The position numbers and the translations under genes are program-made. Shown here piece by piece: positions 52,881-62,617 of a stretch of 64,000 nt of DNA (within the stretch, counting starts at the first letter, position 1; each line of letters opens with the position of its first letter). Under the pieces are notes generated by a model. It searched no databases and was not told where the DNA came from. It saw only the letters and a list, made by a program, of their open reading frames with translations. Source of the DNA: an uncultured Gammaproteobacteria bacterium (GTDB lineage Bacteria > Patescibacteriota > Microgenomatia > Daviesbacterales > UBA10151); the NCBI GenBank assembly GCA_964504985.1, contig CAZDFU010000003.1:822-64821 (forward strand), read 5' to 3'.

Positions 52881-53526
52881 CTGCTTCCTGCTCTAATTTT
52901 TCCAAATTACTGATCACTAAAAACGGGCGTTTGCTGTAAATAATCTTCCCTTTTTCAAACTCTTTTATTATCAAACTGGTAGTTTCCCGGGTTAACCCAG
53001 CCAGGGTGGCAATAATTTGGTGGGTCAAAGGCAAATCAATAACTATTTCACCATTCTCCTGCTTTTTGCCAAAGCGTTTGGCAGCAATTACCAATACTAT
53101 GGCTACTTTGTTATATGAATTGCCAAACATCAAAGACTCCATTACCCCCAGGAGTCCATCTAAACCAATCAGGATTCTTCTGGTTAATTCAAATAGTACT
53201 TCTGGCTCCTGGCGGACAAACTCCACTAAGGCTTCTTTGGGGGCCTTTAAAAGTTCAATTTTTGTCAGGGCTTCAAAATAATAAGTATTTTGGGTTTCTC
53301 CAATAGCCCACATCATGGAAAAATAAGAACCTGGTTTAAAAATATTTAAAGTTAATTCCTGGCCTGTTGCAGAAACAGTATAAAGTCTGGCATAGCCTTC
53401 TTTAAGGTAAAAGACTCCGGGAGGGATATCATCAGCGCGGACAATAATCTCCTTTTTGTTGTAGATCCGTTTGGTATCAAACTTGTTAAAGAAATGCTCG
53501 ATTTTCTCACCAAAGGAATTTTGCAC
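52840..53526 (-). CDS. Crp/Fnr family transcriptional regulator
   Basis: cNMP-binding fold (VFYLKEGYARLY...GQELTL) and LTHQIIATLAGLTRETTS HTH. Confidence 0.93.
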   Translation of the reverse strand: MQNSFGEKIEHFFNKFDTKRIYNKKEIIVRADDIPPGVFYLKEGYARLYTVSATGQELTLNIFKPGSYFSMMWAIGETQNTYYFEALTKIELLKAPKEALVEFVRQEPEVLFELTRRILIGLDGLLGVMESLMFGNSYNKVAIVLVIAAKRFGKKQENGEIVIDLPLTHQIIATLAGLTRETTSLIIKEFEKGKIIYSKRPFLVISNLEKLEQEAAISKQQQHHPHVF

Positions 53527-53570
53527 ATGTTAATTTTACCACAAAACAAAAAGTCCTGTTACGCACTATT

Positions 53571-53609
53571 TGTAATGATTCTTACAGTTTTTCTGCAATA
53601 TATCTGACA
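53571..53609 (+). promoter_or_regulatory. Tandem CRP/FNR-type boxes upstream of the large surface protein
   Basis: TGTAA-N6-TTACA (53571) and TGCAA-N6-TGACA (53594); same 23-bp spacing as at 51147. Confidence 0.7.
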
Positions 53610-53654
53610 GAAGTTTTAGCCCGAAAGGGATATTCTAAACATGTTCTGAAAAAT

Positions 53655-56600
53655 ATGTACAAAGGAAAAATGAAAAAAATATTTCAAAAACTAATATACA
53701 TTTTTGCTGCAGCCTTAATTGTTTTTTACCAGGTTGCGCCTATTGGTTTCTCCCTCAGTACAGTTTTGGCAAAAGATGGCGAGGAAGAAGTTGCTTCTGA
53801 AAATAAAACTGATAACTCAGGTTCCAGTTCAAATGGAGATTCTCAGCCTGAAAGTAATTCATCCGGATCAGGTTCATCTGGGTCTGGTTCATCTGGCAGT
53901 TCTGGGTCTGGCAGCGGATCTTCCGAACCCGCTCCCCAACCTGCAACAACAGAACCTGTACCTGTTGCCACTAATAATGAAGCCGTTCAACAGGAAACTG
54001 CACCAGTAAATATTGTTCAAGAGCAAACCGCACCAGTTAATGCTGTGGAAGTACCGGAAATAATTGCTCCTGTGGTACCTGTAACAAATGAGGTTGAGGA
54101 TGTGAAAAACGGCGGGGTTATTAAAGATGCACCTGGTGATACAGTGAGGCCAACAGATCCAGTGGTAACAACAGAGGCTCAAGCAGGAGCTCTGGCCCCA
54201 GAGACTGCACCGCAAGATCCCATCCCTGCCCAGGCAGACACTTTAGTTGAACCTGTAGAACCCGCCGTAGAAACAGTTACTTCTGCAGTAAACACCATAA
54301 CCGGGCCAGTAGAAACAAGCATTAATACAACATCTGTGAGCAGCCCAACAAGCATTGCTGGTGTAGTTGATCAGGTAAATGGTTTTCCGTCTGCTTATCA
54401 AGACAAATTAGGCATAGCTGTTATCCCCTGCCTTGATGGATCAGACCCTAATTGTGTCTTGCCAGGAGCAGGTGAAGAAGAAGGGTTTGATCCTTCCCAA
54501 CCAACTGCTTTAGGTACTAACTTTCCATCAGAATTTTTCTACTGGATTGCAGAATCTGAACCATTAACTACTCCAAATGGAGGTAAAACTTTTATCAGGA
54601 CAGCTTTAGAAGGAGCCTTCCTGAATGAAGAACCAATCTCAACAGATCAGATGGTCTTTGGCAGAATCAGAGTAACAGGCACAGGTTTAGAACCAAACTC
54701 TACCTACATTGTCACCCATCCTTATGGAATTGATACTTACAAAACAAATGATGTAGGTATTATTGCAAGAGGAGAAGGAACAGAAGATATTGGTTGTGAG
54801 GTCAAGCCTTGTGACTTTACTAAAGCATTAGATAGCAGAATCTTTGATGGGTTCCTACAAATGTCTGAAGGTGCACCAGTTGGTTATCTCGGTGATGCAG
54901 CAACAGCAGCAGAAGTAACAGGAAGTCCTTTAGGCCAAAATTCTTATAGAATTGAAGGCCCAGGTTTACCATTAGGAGGTTTGTTTACCAACCTTTTCAC
55001 TGTAGCAGGTAAATTACTTTCTGGCCTTATTACCCCAATTTCTGTGGAAATCCCAGCTAACCAGCCAGCTCCTGTTAATGAGCAAAATGGAGCGGCGGGT
55101 CCAATTGATGATTCAAATGGGTTTCCTGCATCTTACCAGGATCTTTTGGGTACAACTGTTATCCCCTGCCTTGATGGATCAGACCCTAATTGTGTCTTGC
55201 CAGGAGCAGGTGAAGAAGAAGGGTTTGATCCTTCCCAACCAACTGCTTTAGGTACTAACTTTCCATCAGAATTTTTCTACTGGATTGCAGAATCTGAACC
55301 ATTAACTACTCCAAATGGAGGTAAAACTTTTATCAGGACAGCTTTAGAAGGAGCCTTCCTGAATGAAGAACCAATCTCAACAGATCAGATGGTCTTTGGC
55401 AGAATCAGAGTAACAGGCACAGGTTTAGAACCAAACTCTACCTACATTGTCACCCATCCTTATGGAATTGATACTTACAAAACAAATGATGTAGGTATTA
55501 TTGCAAGAGGAGAAGGAACAGAAGATATTGGTTGTGAGGTCAAGCCTTGTGACTTTACTAAAGCATTAGATAGCAGAATCTTCCAGAGTTTACTGGAATG
55601 GGATGTCCCTCTGCTTAATGGTTATCTGGGTGATGCTATAACTCCACACACTGTTATGGGAAGCCCAACAGGAAACAACTTCTTCAGAATAGAAGGACCA
55701 GGATTGCCTATTGGGGGACTATTAACTAACCTCTTTACAGTAGCAGGAAAATTAGCAGGAGCTATAGGAGGGGTAGTTGATAATATTTTACCAACAGAAG
55801 AGCCTGTTATAGAGGAAGGAACAACTGCTGAGGAAGATATGGTAGAGCCAATTATGGATACAGACCCAGCAGATGAACTTATAGCAGAGGATCTACTTGT
55901 TGGAGGACCTACCGCTGAGGAGGGAACAGGAGAAGACCCAATTAATGAGGCTGAAGATACTCCTGATGCAGAAATTGAAACTCCTGTGGCAACTGAGGAT
56001 ACAGTTAATGAACCCGTGGGGGAGGTAGTAGTTTCCCCTGCTAATGAAGATGAGCAAGAAACAAATGAAGAAGAGCAAGAATCAGAAGAAACAGAAGAAC
56101 CAGAAGCACCAGTTACTGTTATTCCTGGAAATGAAGATGAGGTAGAAGATAATAATGGGACTAATACTGAGGAAGAGGTTATTCAAGAAGAGATTATTCA
56201 AACAGTAGAAACTATCCTTGCAGATCCACTTGACCAGCTTCTTAACACAAACAGCCAGGAAGAAGCATCAGAGCAAGTAACTGCTTTTCTTCAACCAGCT
56301 ATTGTTGAGGCAATAAATAACCAAGCAAACACAACTGAAGATAATACTGTTTTAGCAAGTAATAATTCCTCAGCTGCACAAACAAACAACACCACATCTG
56401 AGTCTGCTGCCAGCTCAAATAATAATTCCAGCTCAGTATCAAATAATACTAGCAGTCAATCATCAAGCTCAGATAATAACCAATCATCTGGTTCAACTAA
56501 CCAGTCATCTGGCGGGATTGAGGCAGGACAAAAAACTAGTGCAGAGGAGGCAAAAACTGGAGAAGAAAATAAAACTCAGGTATTGTCAGTACAAATTTCC

Positions 56601-56789
56601 CAAACCGCAGAAGATAACTCATCTGAGATTTTTGAACAAGCTGAACAGCCTGAGCAACCAGAACAATCAGATTCAAGTGAAGTAACCTCAGAAGAAAAAG
56701 AAGCAGGGAAAAATCCTATAGGCATAGTTTTAGCTCTAACCGGCTTAGCTATCGCAGGAGGGTTTTTCTCCAGACGCTTTATTGTCTAA
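53655..56789 (+). CDS. Large acidic surface protein with signal peptide, duplicated ~230-aa domain and C-terminal TM anchor
   Basis: N-terminal signal, Ser/Gly and Glu-rich linkers, two NGFP..YQD...LFTVAGKL domains, C-terminal hydrophobic helix + RR. Confidence 0.85.
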   Translation: MYKGKMKKIFQKLIYIFAAALIVFYQVAPIGFSLSTVLAKDGEEEVASENKTDNSGSSSNGDSQPESNSSGSGSSGSGSSGSSGSGSGSSEPAPQPATTEPVPVATNNEAVQQETAPVNIVQEQTAPVNAVEVPEIIAPVVPVTNEVEDVKNGGVIKDAPGDTVRPTDPVVTTEAQAGALAPETAPQDPIPAQADTLVEPVEPAVETVTSAVNTITGPVETSINTTSVSSPTSIAGVVDQVNGFPSAYQDKLGIAVIPCLDGSDPNCVLPGAGEEEGFDPSQPTALGTNFPSEFFYWIAESEPLTTPNGGKTFIRTALEGAFLNEEPISTDQMVFGRIRVTGTGLEPNSTYIVTHPYGIDTYKTNDVGIIARGEGTEDIGCEVKPCDFTKALDSRIFDGFLQMSEGAPVGYLGDAATAAEVTGSPLGQNSYRIEGPGLPLGGLFTNLFTVAGKLLSGLITPISVEIPANQPAPVNEQNGAAGPIDDSNGFPASYQDLLGTTVIPCLDGSDPNCVLPGAGEEEGFDPSQPTALGTNFPSEFFYWIAESEPLTTPNGGKTFIRTALEGAFLNEEPISTDQMVFGRIRVTGTGLEPNSTYIVTHPYGIDTYKTNDVGIIARGEGTEDIGCEVKPCDFTKALDSRIFQSLLEWDVPLLNGYLGDAITPHTVMGSPTGNNFFRIEGPGLPIGGLLTNLFTVAGKLAGAIGGVVDNILPTEEPVIEEGTTAEEDMVEPIMDTDPADELIAEDLLVGGPTAEEGTGEDPINEAEDTPDAEIETPVATEDTVNEPVGEVVVSPANEDEQETNEEEQESEETEEPEAPVTVIPGNEDEVEDNNGTNTEEEVIQEEIIQTVETILADPLDQLLNTNSQEEASEQVTAFLQPAIVEAINNQANTTEDNTVLASNNSSAAQTNNTTSESAASSNNNSSSVSNNTSSQSSSSDNNQSSGSTNQSSGGIEAGQKTSAEEAKTGEENKTQVLSVQISQTAEDNSSEIFEQAEQPEQPEQSDSSEVTSEEKEAGKNPIGIVLALTGLAIAGGFFSRRFIV
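54418..55582 (+). repeat. 427-bp direct repeat (54418-54844 and 55156-55582)
   Basis: No mismatch found by eye; offset 738 bp, in frame. Confidence 0.9.
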
Positions 56790-56816
56790 GCAATAAGAAA
56801 GTAGATTGGTCTTTAA

Positions 56817-56848
56817 AAACTCCTCCCGGGAAACGGGGGAGTTTTTTT
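56817..56848 (+). terminator. Intrinsic terminator
   Basis: aaactcctcccg-ggaaa-cgggggagttttttt. Confidence 0.8.
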
Positions 56849-56952
56849 GGTTAAATATTAGTTTTTCCCAATGGTAATCTGCTGGGAATTTTGAATAGTT
56901 ATGTTTTGTGAGGTTTAAAATTAAGAAGCCTTTAGGTATAATTAACAAATCA

Positions 56953-57036
56953 GCCGGGATGCTGGAATCGGTAGACAGGCTACCTTGAGGTGGTAGTGCC
57001 CGCAAGGGCGTGGAGGTTCAAGTCCTCTTCCCGGCA
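56953..57036 (+). tRNA. tRNA-Leu (GAG)
   Basis: GCCGGGA/TCCCGGC; CTACC-TTGAGGT-GGTAG; long V arm. Confidence 0.95.
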
Positions 57037-58544
57037 CACGAGCCGACCAAGTCGGTTTCAAATTGACGAATAGATTGATATATCGGGCTAATGTGGGTGT
57101 TGTCTAAGCTCTTATAGTCCCAAACCAGTCCGGAAGGGCTTATTGAACACATAAGCACACGAATCTGGCTAAGAGTAGACATTTGATAAGTTTGAGGAAG
57201 ATTTGCAAACTTCTCTTTCATAAACTTCACAATTGATTCAAGGTTATATTTTGCGAGGAGTGCATCATCTTTGGTAACTTGAACAGCAGCAATTTGATCT
57301 TCAATTAGCTTATTCTGTTCTTTGAAGATTTCATCCGAAAATACCCCACTTAAATTCTTCTGAATAAGTGCTTGGCGCATTTCATAGAGTCTTTTTAGCT
57401 CACTATCTGCTTGCTCTTTTCTTTTTTGGAGTTGGGATACTCTTTGATAATAAATTCGTCTTAAAAGAGCTATAAAAGCATCCAGTGCTTGTTTGGTAGG
57501 AGTAATAGTGGATAAGAATTGTAAAGCAGCATTATTGAGCTTGTAAGCCTGTATTGAAGGCATTTTACAGCCATGCTGACATCGGTAATAAGCATATCTA
57601 GCTTTTTTTCCTTTACTCCATCCGCCAGTTAAGGGTTGTTTACATATTCCACATATAACCAGCCTTCGTAGAGGGAATTCAGTATTGTCTTTATTTCTTC
57701 TTGCCACAGGAACATGGAGATTGGTATTTCTGCCGTCTATTACCGCTTGTACGCGATAAAACATCTCTTCAGTAACCATCGCCACATGTTGTCCTCTAAC
57801 TTCCTCCGGATACCGTGTAGAAGTTAGTATGCCGATATAATATTTGTTTCTAAACATCACACTCAGAGCTTGTTTCCTGATTATGTTTTCCTTGCCTTTA
57901 TATCTTTGGGTTACACCCCATTCATTCATCAACTCTGCCATTTCCTGAAGAGTTTTGGTACCAGTTGCCATTAATTTCCAAGCCTCAACAACTTTATCCC
58001 AAGTTTTTGTATCTTTGACTATATAGCCACTTTCACTTTTATAGCCAAGTGGTGGTGTGCCACTGGTAAGTCCAGCTAAAAACCTAGCTCTTAGTCCATT
58101 TTTAGTACGTTCGCTTCTGATATCATTATCCATCTGAGCAAAACTGGCAAGCATAGTTTCTACAAACTTTTCTGTGGCACTGTTTCCAGTAGGTTCAGAA
58201 GTAGATAAAAGTGCTATCTGGTATTCAGTAAGCTTTTTCTTAATTGCCAAAAAGTCTCCAACCTGACGTGAAAGTCTATCTAATCGGTAAACAATCAACG
58301 CATCAATATTTTTCTTATTTCTCCTGCAAAACTCCATCATCTCAATAAGTACAGGTCTGCCAGTGATATTTTTGGCTGATCGGCCTTCTTCTTTGAAGAC
58401 TTGGATAATCTCAAGCCCTTTACGTTCTGCTTCTTGAGCACAGATTCTCTCCTGAGTTTCCAAAGAGAAGTTATCTACTTGTTCTTCTGTTGAAACTCGA
58501 AGATAAACAATTGCTTTTCTAGATTCTGATTTAATTAATGCCAT
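57018..58544 (-). CDS. Large serine recombinase (resolvase + recombinase + zinc ribbon)
   Basis: YLRVSTEEQ, GRP, VYRLDRLSR, PPLGY, CGICKQPL, YYRC; stop codon lies within the tRNA T-loop on the antisense strand. Confidence 0.95.
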   Translation of the reverse strand: MALIKSESRKAIVYLRVSTEEQVDNFSLETQERICAQEAERKGLEIIQVFKEEGRSAKNITGRPVLIEMMEFCRRNKKNIDALIVYRLDRLSRQVGDFLAIKKKLTEYQIALLSTSEPTGNSATEKFVETMLASFAQMDNDIRSERTKNGLRARFLAGLTSGTPPLGYKSESGYIVKDTKTWDKVVEAWKLMATGTKTLQEMAELMNEWGVTQRYKGKENIIRKQALSVMFRNKYYIGILTSTRYPEEVRGQHVAMVTEEMFYRVQAVIDGRNTNLHVPVARRNKDNTEFPLRRLVICGICKQPLTGGWSKGKKARYAYYRCQHGCKMPSIQAYKLNNAALQFLSTITPTKQALDAFIALLRRIYYQRVSQLQKRKEQADSELKRLYEMRQALIQKNLSGVFSDEIFKEQNKLIEDQIAAVQVTKDDALLAKYNLESIVKFMKEKFANLPQTYQMSTLSQIRVLMCSISPSGLVWDYKSLDNTHISPIYQSIRQFETDLVGSCAGKRT

Positions 58545-58546
58545 AT

Positions 58547-58882
58547 TTATCCTTCATGCAAAACTTCTTTTAATGTCATGCCACCAAATACATCTCTTTC
58601 AAACTCATCAAGCCAGTTATTAGCTAAAAATTGAAACTCTGCGACTACACATTCAATTTGCTCATCAGATAATGTGTTAGCAGTTTCACCAAGTATTCTT
58701 CTGGTTTTGAGAATACTTGCTTCTTCTGTTTGGGTTGGAAGAATAGAGTTAAGAGCACTTTCTAGCGAGGCAAGAGGATTAGTATTAATAGGCTCTGGAG
58801 AGACAATATTAGAATTAACTGTAGGAGTAGTTTGAAATCTAGTTTCGAGTGTAGGATAAAGTGGTAATCGTTGTGGTTCCAT
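58547..58882 (-). CDS. Hypothetical protein co-transcribed with the recombinase
   Basis: 111 aa; ends 2 nt before the recombinase start. Confidence 0.7.
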   Translation of the reverse strand: MEPQRLPLYPTLETRFQTTPTVNSNIVSPEPINTNPLASLESALNSILPTQTEEASILKTRRILGETANTLSDEQIECVVAEFQFLANNWLDEFERDVFGGMTLKEVLHEG

Positions 58883-58910
58883 AGTGTGTTCAATAGGTCT
58901 TCTTGAGTAC

Positions 58911-58940
58911 AGTATATATCTCGATCGAGATAGTTGTCAA
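58911..58940 (-). promoter_or_regulatory. Promoter of recombinase operon with 16-bp palindromic operator in the spacer
   Basis: Minus strand TTGACA-actatctcgatcgagata-TATACT; TATCTCGATCGAGATA is a perfect palindrome. Confidence 0.75.
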
Positions 58941-59166
58941 GAGGCAATTTAAGTAGAAAAAAGTCCCTACGCGTGGGGACAAAATGTGTAAACGCGTTTA
59001 TACATTTTTAAGGCTATTTTGAGCCTAATTCTTCAAAAAACACAGACTCTTTATACTTATATAAATATAAGGGGGTGTAATATAATCTAAAACAAAGATG
59101 TATAACCCTAACCTCTACCCAAGTTCCAATCCTCTGCTCAACCTATTAACTATTAACCTATCTAAC

Positions 59167-59340
59167 ATGAAAACATTACCACCAATTACTAAAACCCAAA
59201 AACAAATAATCTTATTTCTCTATAAATTCCGCTTTTCTACAGTAACCCCACTACAAAAACTTTCAAAGATTTCTCGCTTTTTTTTAACTACTCAAGATGC
59301 TATTAAATTTAGTAACGGGAAAACAAATCAATTGTCTTAA
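59167..59340 (+). pseudogene. Probable internally deleted replication-relaxation family gene
   Basis: ITKTQKQIILFLYKFRFST resembles the N-terminal helix of these proteins, then terminates early. Confidence 0.45.
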
Positions 59341-59407
59341 TACACATTATGCCTATTCATAATTCAAATCATATCTCAGTGCTTAGAATCTTTGATATAC
59401 TTCTAGC

Positions 59408-59914
59408 ATGAGTAATATTGAAATAACAACTCTTTCATCTGAAAATTGGGAAGAATACAAAAATCTTAGGTTAACGGCTCTTAAAGAAAATCCAGAGGCT
59501 TTCGGTTTATTGTATGAAGAAGCTAAAGAATACTCTAAAGATAAATGGTTAGACCCTCTTGTAGAAGCAGAAAATGAGGAAAAATAAATGGATACTTTTT
59601 GCAAAGTTAAATGGAAAACTAGTTGGAATGATTAGTGGAAGTGTAATAGATGGAGATACTGTTAAATTAGGTGAGGTATTTGTTGCTACGGAGGCAAGAG
59701 GTATGGCTCTCGGAAAGAAACTTCTGGAAACTTTAATCAGTAAAATCACTAAATACCCTGAATTAAAAAAAGCTAAAGCAAAAGTGTTTACAACTCAAAA
59801 AGCAGCGTTAATCTATATGAAAGCTTTGGTTTTGAAACATCGGAGACAATTACAGAACACTGGCCAGATGGAAGAACTCATGAAACGTTTATAATGTATA
59901 AATCTTTACAATAG
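59408..59914 (+). pseudogene. GNAT acetyltransferase with two frameshifts
   Basis: MSNIEI...WEEYKNLRLTALKENPEAFG / KWILFA...VATEARGMALGKKLL / NLYESFGF lie in three frames. Confidence 0.8.
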
Positions 59915-60037
59915 AGAGGAAAATCAAATATTTGGCAGAAGATAGAGTAATTTTAAAAATTAGCAATTACTTAAACCTTTTCTATTTATGGTAAATTTTG
60001 CCCATGACTCATTCTGCTTATCTTCCCTTCTAAGTAA

Positions 60038-62122
60038 TTAGATTTTTTTATAATATTCTTCAACTCTTTTTGCTATTTCAGTTAAAGGTAAGCCATTCTC
60101 TTTCCCATGTGTTTCTAATTCAGGATCAGTTGGTTCAAATATCCATGATTGAAAGCCTATCATGCCGGGATTATTTTGCGTGTTTTGGCCTTTATCGTCA
60201 ATAATCGGTACATCAAAAAGTTTTTTGAAAATGGGAGCAATTCGTTTACCTGAGGCGATATCAAAAGGTTCAAAATCATCATCATTAAATTCCCTCTCAT
60301 GTTCCAAACTATAATCTACAAAATCAGCTACAACTTGCGCAATAATATCTTCTTTTTGCTTATAATCATGTTCACCTCCTGCGATAAGGTAATTTTGCTG
60401 TGCCATTAAAACAATGTCATCCTGCCATAAACCAAAATCAGTTAGATATTTCTGTATGCGATCTCTTGCAGTTGCATCTGTACAGATAACAACAGTACCT
60501 ACTTTACGTAACCTATCTAGAAGCTCTTTCGCTTCAGGATTTGGAACTTTCGGCCCATCGTTGTTTATAAGAACATTATTTAGATCAACCACAATAGGTT
60601 TAGGAATTGTGCGTAATAACTCTAAGGCTTTTTTATCCCAAGCAAAGCCCCTCTTTTCAAAATAACCATTCAATTCAGCGATAGTACCTTTCAAGTTCTC
60701 CTGCTCTGAAGCTTCTTGTTGAGATTCAGCAGGTTTCTCTAAATAAGCCCTAGCAAGTAGCCCGTCTGATACGACACGGAGCGCAGTATCCTTACCGCCC
60801 TCTGTTACTGCCTTCCGTATTCGATCGATATCAGATTCTCTAAAAGAGGCCATGCCAATATGCTGATTTATGATTTCGTATAATTCTGGTCTCGCATTCC
60901 ATAGCATGTCCGCGTGTGCAGAATTAGGCATGATAGCTGAATGAGTAAGTTGAACATCGGACCCCTCTATAAAAGCACCTAAAAAATTTTCTGGAGGATG
61001 AGCATCCTTGGTCAGTACCCCAAGGTATATACCAACTGTTCTTTCGGGGGTTTGTGGAACAAGAGTGATTGGTTCTCTTCTATAAAGGGCGTTTTGGTGT
61101 CCATAAGATGTCTTATGCCAGGTCTGGAAAGTTTCATCATGTTTTGTAAAAAAACGAACTTTCCTTGTAGCATCAAAAACACCGTTAACGATGGCCGATT
61201 GAGCGAGTAGTTCTGGAGCAGTGTTTGTCTCCCGCTCTTCTTGATCTATAGTTGTTGGTATTTTACTCGATATTTGTTTCGGTGAAGGACGTACCTGTAC
61301 TAGATTATAGAAGCTAGGAATGTTCGGGTCAAAGATCAGCTCTAATTGAACACCAAAATCAATCCCTGTTTTTTTAATAGCAGCAAATAAATCAACAACA
61401 AAGGGATTTGCTGCCAAGTCGTTATATCCGAGAAGAGATTTATGAAAGCTTCTGGTGGGAATAATTGGTTCGCCAGTTTCTGCATCCCAAGCTCCTACAC
61501 CAGCTTCCGCATCCTCTGTAGCGGATGTAAACGCTCTCCCGCGCTCATTGCCAGAAGCTACTCTGGCAACCACCTTTCCTTCTAATGAACTATAACCGAT
61601 GTCTATTACTAAGCCTATCCCTTTAAGTGCATTCTGCACAACAAATGGTATTTCTGGTAATTCGCTACGTTTTTGCGCATCTTCAAACTTTCTTCGTGTG
61701 TCGTAATCAGTTAAGTTAAAGCTTCTAAATGTACCACTTTGACCATCAAGCCAATCTTCAGTAAGAGAAGAGCTGCGAAACATTGCGTTAGGATGAGCGG
61801 CAGGATGGACAGATTTAACATCTTTGACTATAGACCACCCGGGCACATCAAGCCCTACACCTGACGAAGATCGTCGAAAATTTTCACTAATCATCTTGCA
61901 AACTACTAACCCAAAAGCTTTCCCCCCTCCGTTGCGTAACGTATTTTCAAGACCTTCTTTAGTGTGTGGATATCGGGCAAGTCGAGTAGTAAAAGCATCG
62001 AGGTTTGCTTGCGTATACTGCCATCTATCCAAAGCAAACTCTGGCTTTTCTGAGTTTTCTGATTCGTGCCTGACAGCGTATTGCTCTGGTGTGGTTGCTG
62101 GTTGTGGTTCATTCATACTCAA
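60038..62122 (-). CDS. PEP synthase/PPDK-like nucleotide-binding domain fused to C-terminal HAD-like domain
   Basis: GGKAFGL, FRSSSLTED...SGTF, FVVQ, LVQVRP; then IVVDLNNVL, ICTDA, IIDD. Confidence 0.6.
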   Translation of the reverse strand: MSMNEPQPATTPEQYAVRHESENSEKPEFALDRWQYTQANLDAFTTRLARYPHTKEGLENTLRNGGGKAFGLVVCKMISENFRRSSSGVGLDVPGWSIVKDVKSVHPAAHPNAMFRSSSLTEDWLDGQSGTFRSFNLTDYDTRRKFEDAQKRSELPEIPFVVQNALKGIGLVIDIGYSSLEGKVVARVASGNERGRAFTSATEDAEAGVGAWDAETGEPIIPTRSFHKSLLGYNDLAANPFVVDLFAAIKKTGIDFGVQLELIFDPNIPSFYNLVQVRPSPKQISSKIPTTIDQEERETNTAPELLAQSAIVNGVFDATRKVRFFTKHDETFQTWHKTSYGHQNALYRREPITLVPQTPERTVGIYLGVLTKDAHPPENFLGAFIEGSDVQLTHSAIMPNSAHADMLWNARPELYEIINQHIGMASFRESDIDRIRKAVTEGGKDTALRVVSDGLLARAYLEKPAESQQEASEQENLKGTIAELNGYFEKRGFAWDKKALELLRTIPKPIVVDLNNVLINNDGPKVPNPEAKELLDRLRKVGTVVICTDATARDRIQKYLTDFGLWQDDIVLMAQQNYLIAGGEHDYKQKEDIIAQVVADFVDYSLEHEREFNDDDFEPFDIASGKRIAPIFKKLFDVPIIDDKGQNTQNNPGMIGFQSWIFEPTDPELETHGKENGLPLTEIAKRVEEYYKKI

Positions 62123-62304
62123 TACACCTTTAATGATTATACAACACAGTTATAGGTTCTGCAGGAGTAGAGCTTCGGTTTTTTCAAGATATACGCAGTC
62201 CTTGCTATTCCTGATAATAAAAATGATGTTTATAGTATTCCCTCACAACTTCATATATAATTCACATAGAAACTCAACAGGTGAAGTTTAGAGAAGAAAG
62301 GTCC

Positions 62305-62550
62305 TTAGTTTTTGGATCTGTTATTTAAGACTTCTGTGGCTACTTTTTGCATTTCAGTTACCAAAGATTCAATATATTCTTGGTTATTTATCTTTTCTGG
62401 TGTATATTTTGCAACATTTTCTTTAACAATTTCCGTAGTTTTGATGCGATCTGAAACTACTGCATGTAAAGTCTCGCTGTTTAACGATTCACATAATTCT
62501 TTGCAGAATTGATAGTTCGGGTTTGATTGCAAATCATCTGGTACACTCAT
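62305..62550 (-). CDS. Hypothetical protein
   Basis: 81 aa ORF divergent from the XRE gene. Confidence 0.55.
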   Translation of the reverse strand: MSVPDDLQSNPNYQFCKELCESLNSETLHAVVSDRIKTTEIVKENVAKYTPEKINNQEYIESLVTEMQKVATEVLNNRSKN

Positions 62551-62617
62551 GAGGCAATTCTAGCAAAGTCAGACTGTGAGCGCAAACTATCTCGATAAGA
62601 TGTATAATATAGATGTT

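Noticed and set aside
54418-55582. Long repeat as DGR template/variable repeat pair
   Set aside because: No adenine-specific mismatches (copies look identical), both copies are in one ORF, and there is no reverse transcriptase in the window.
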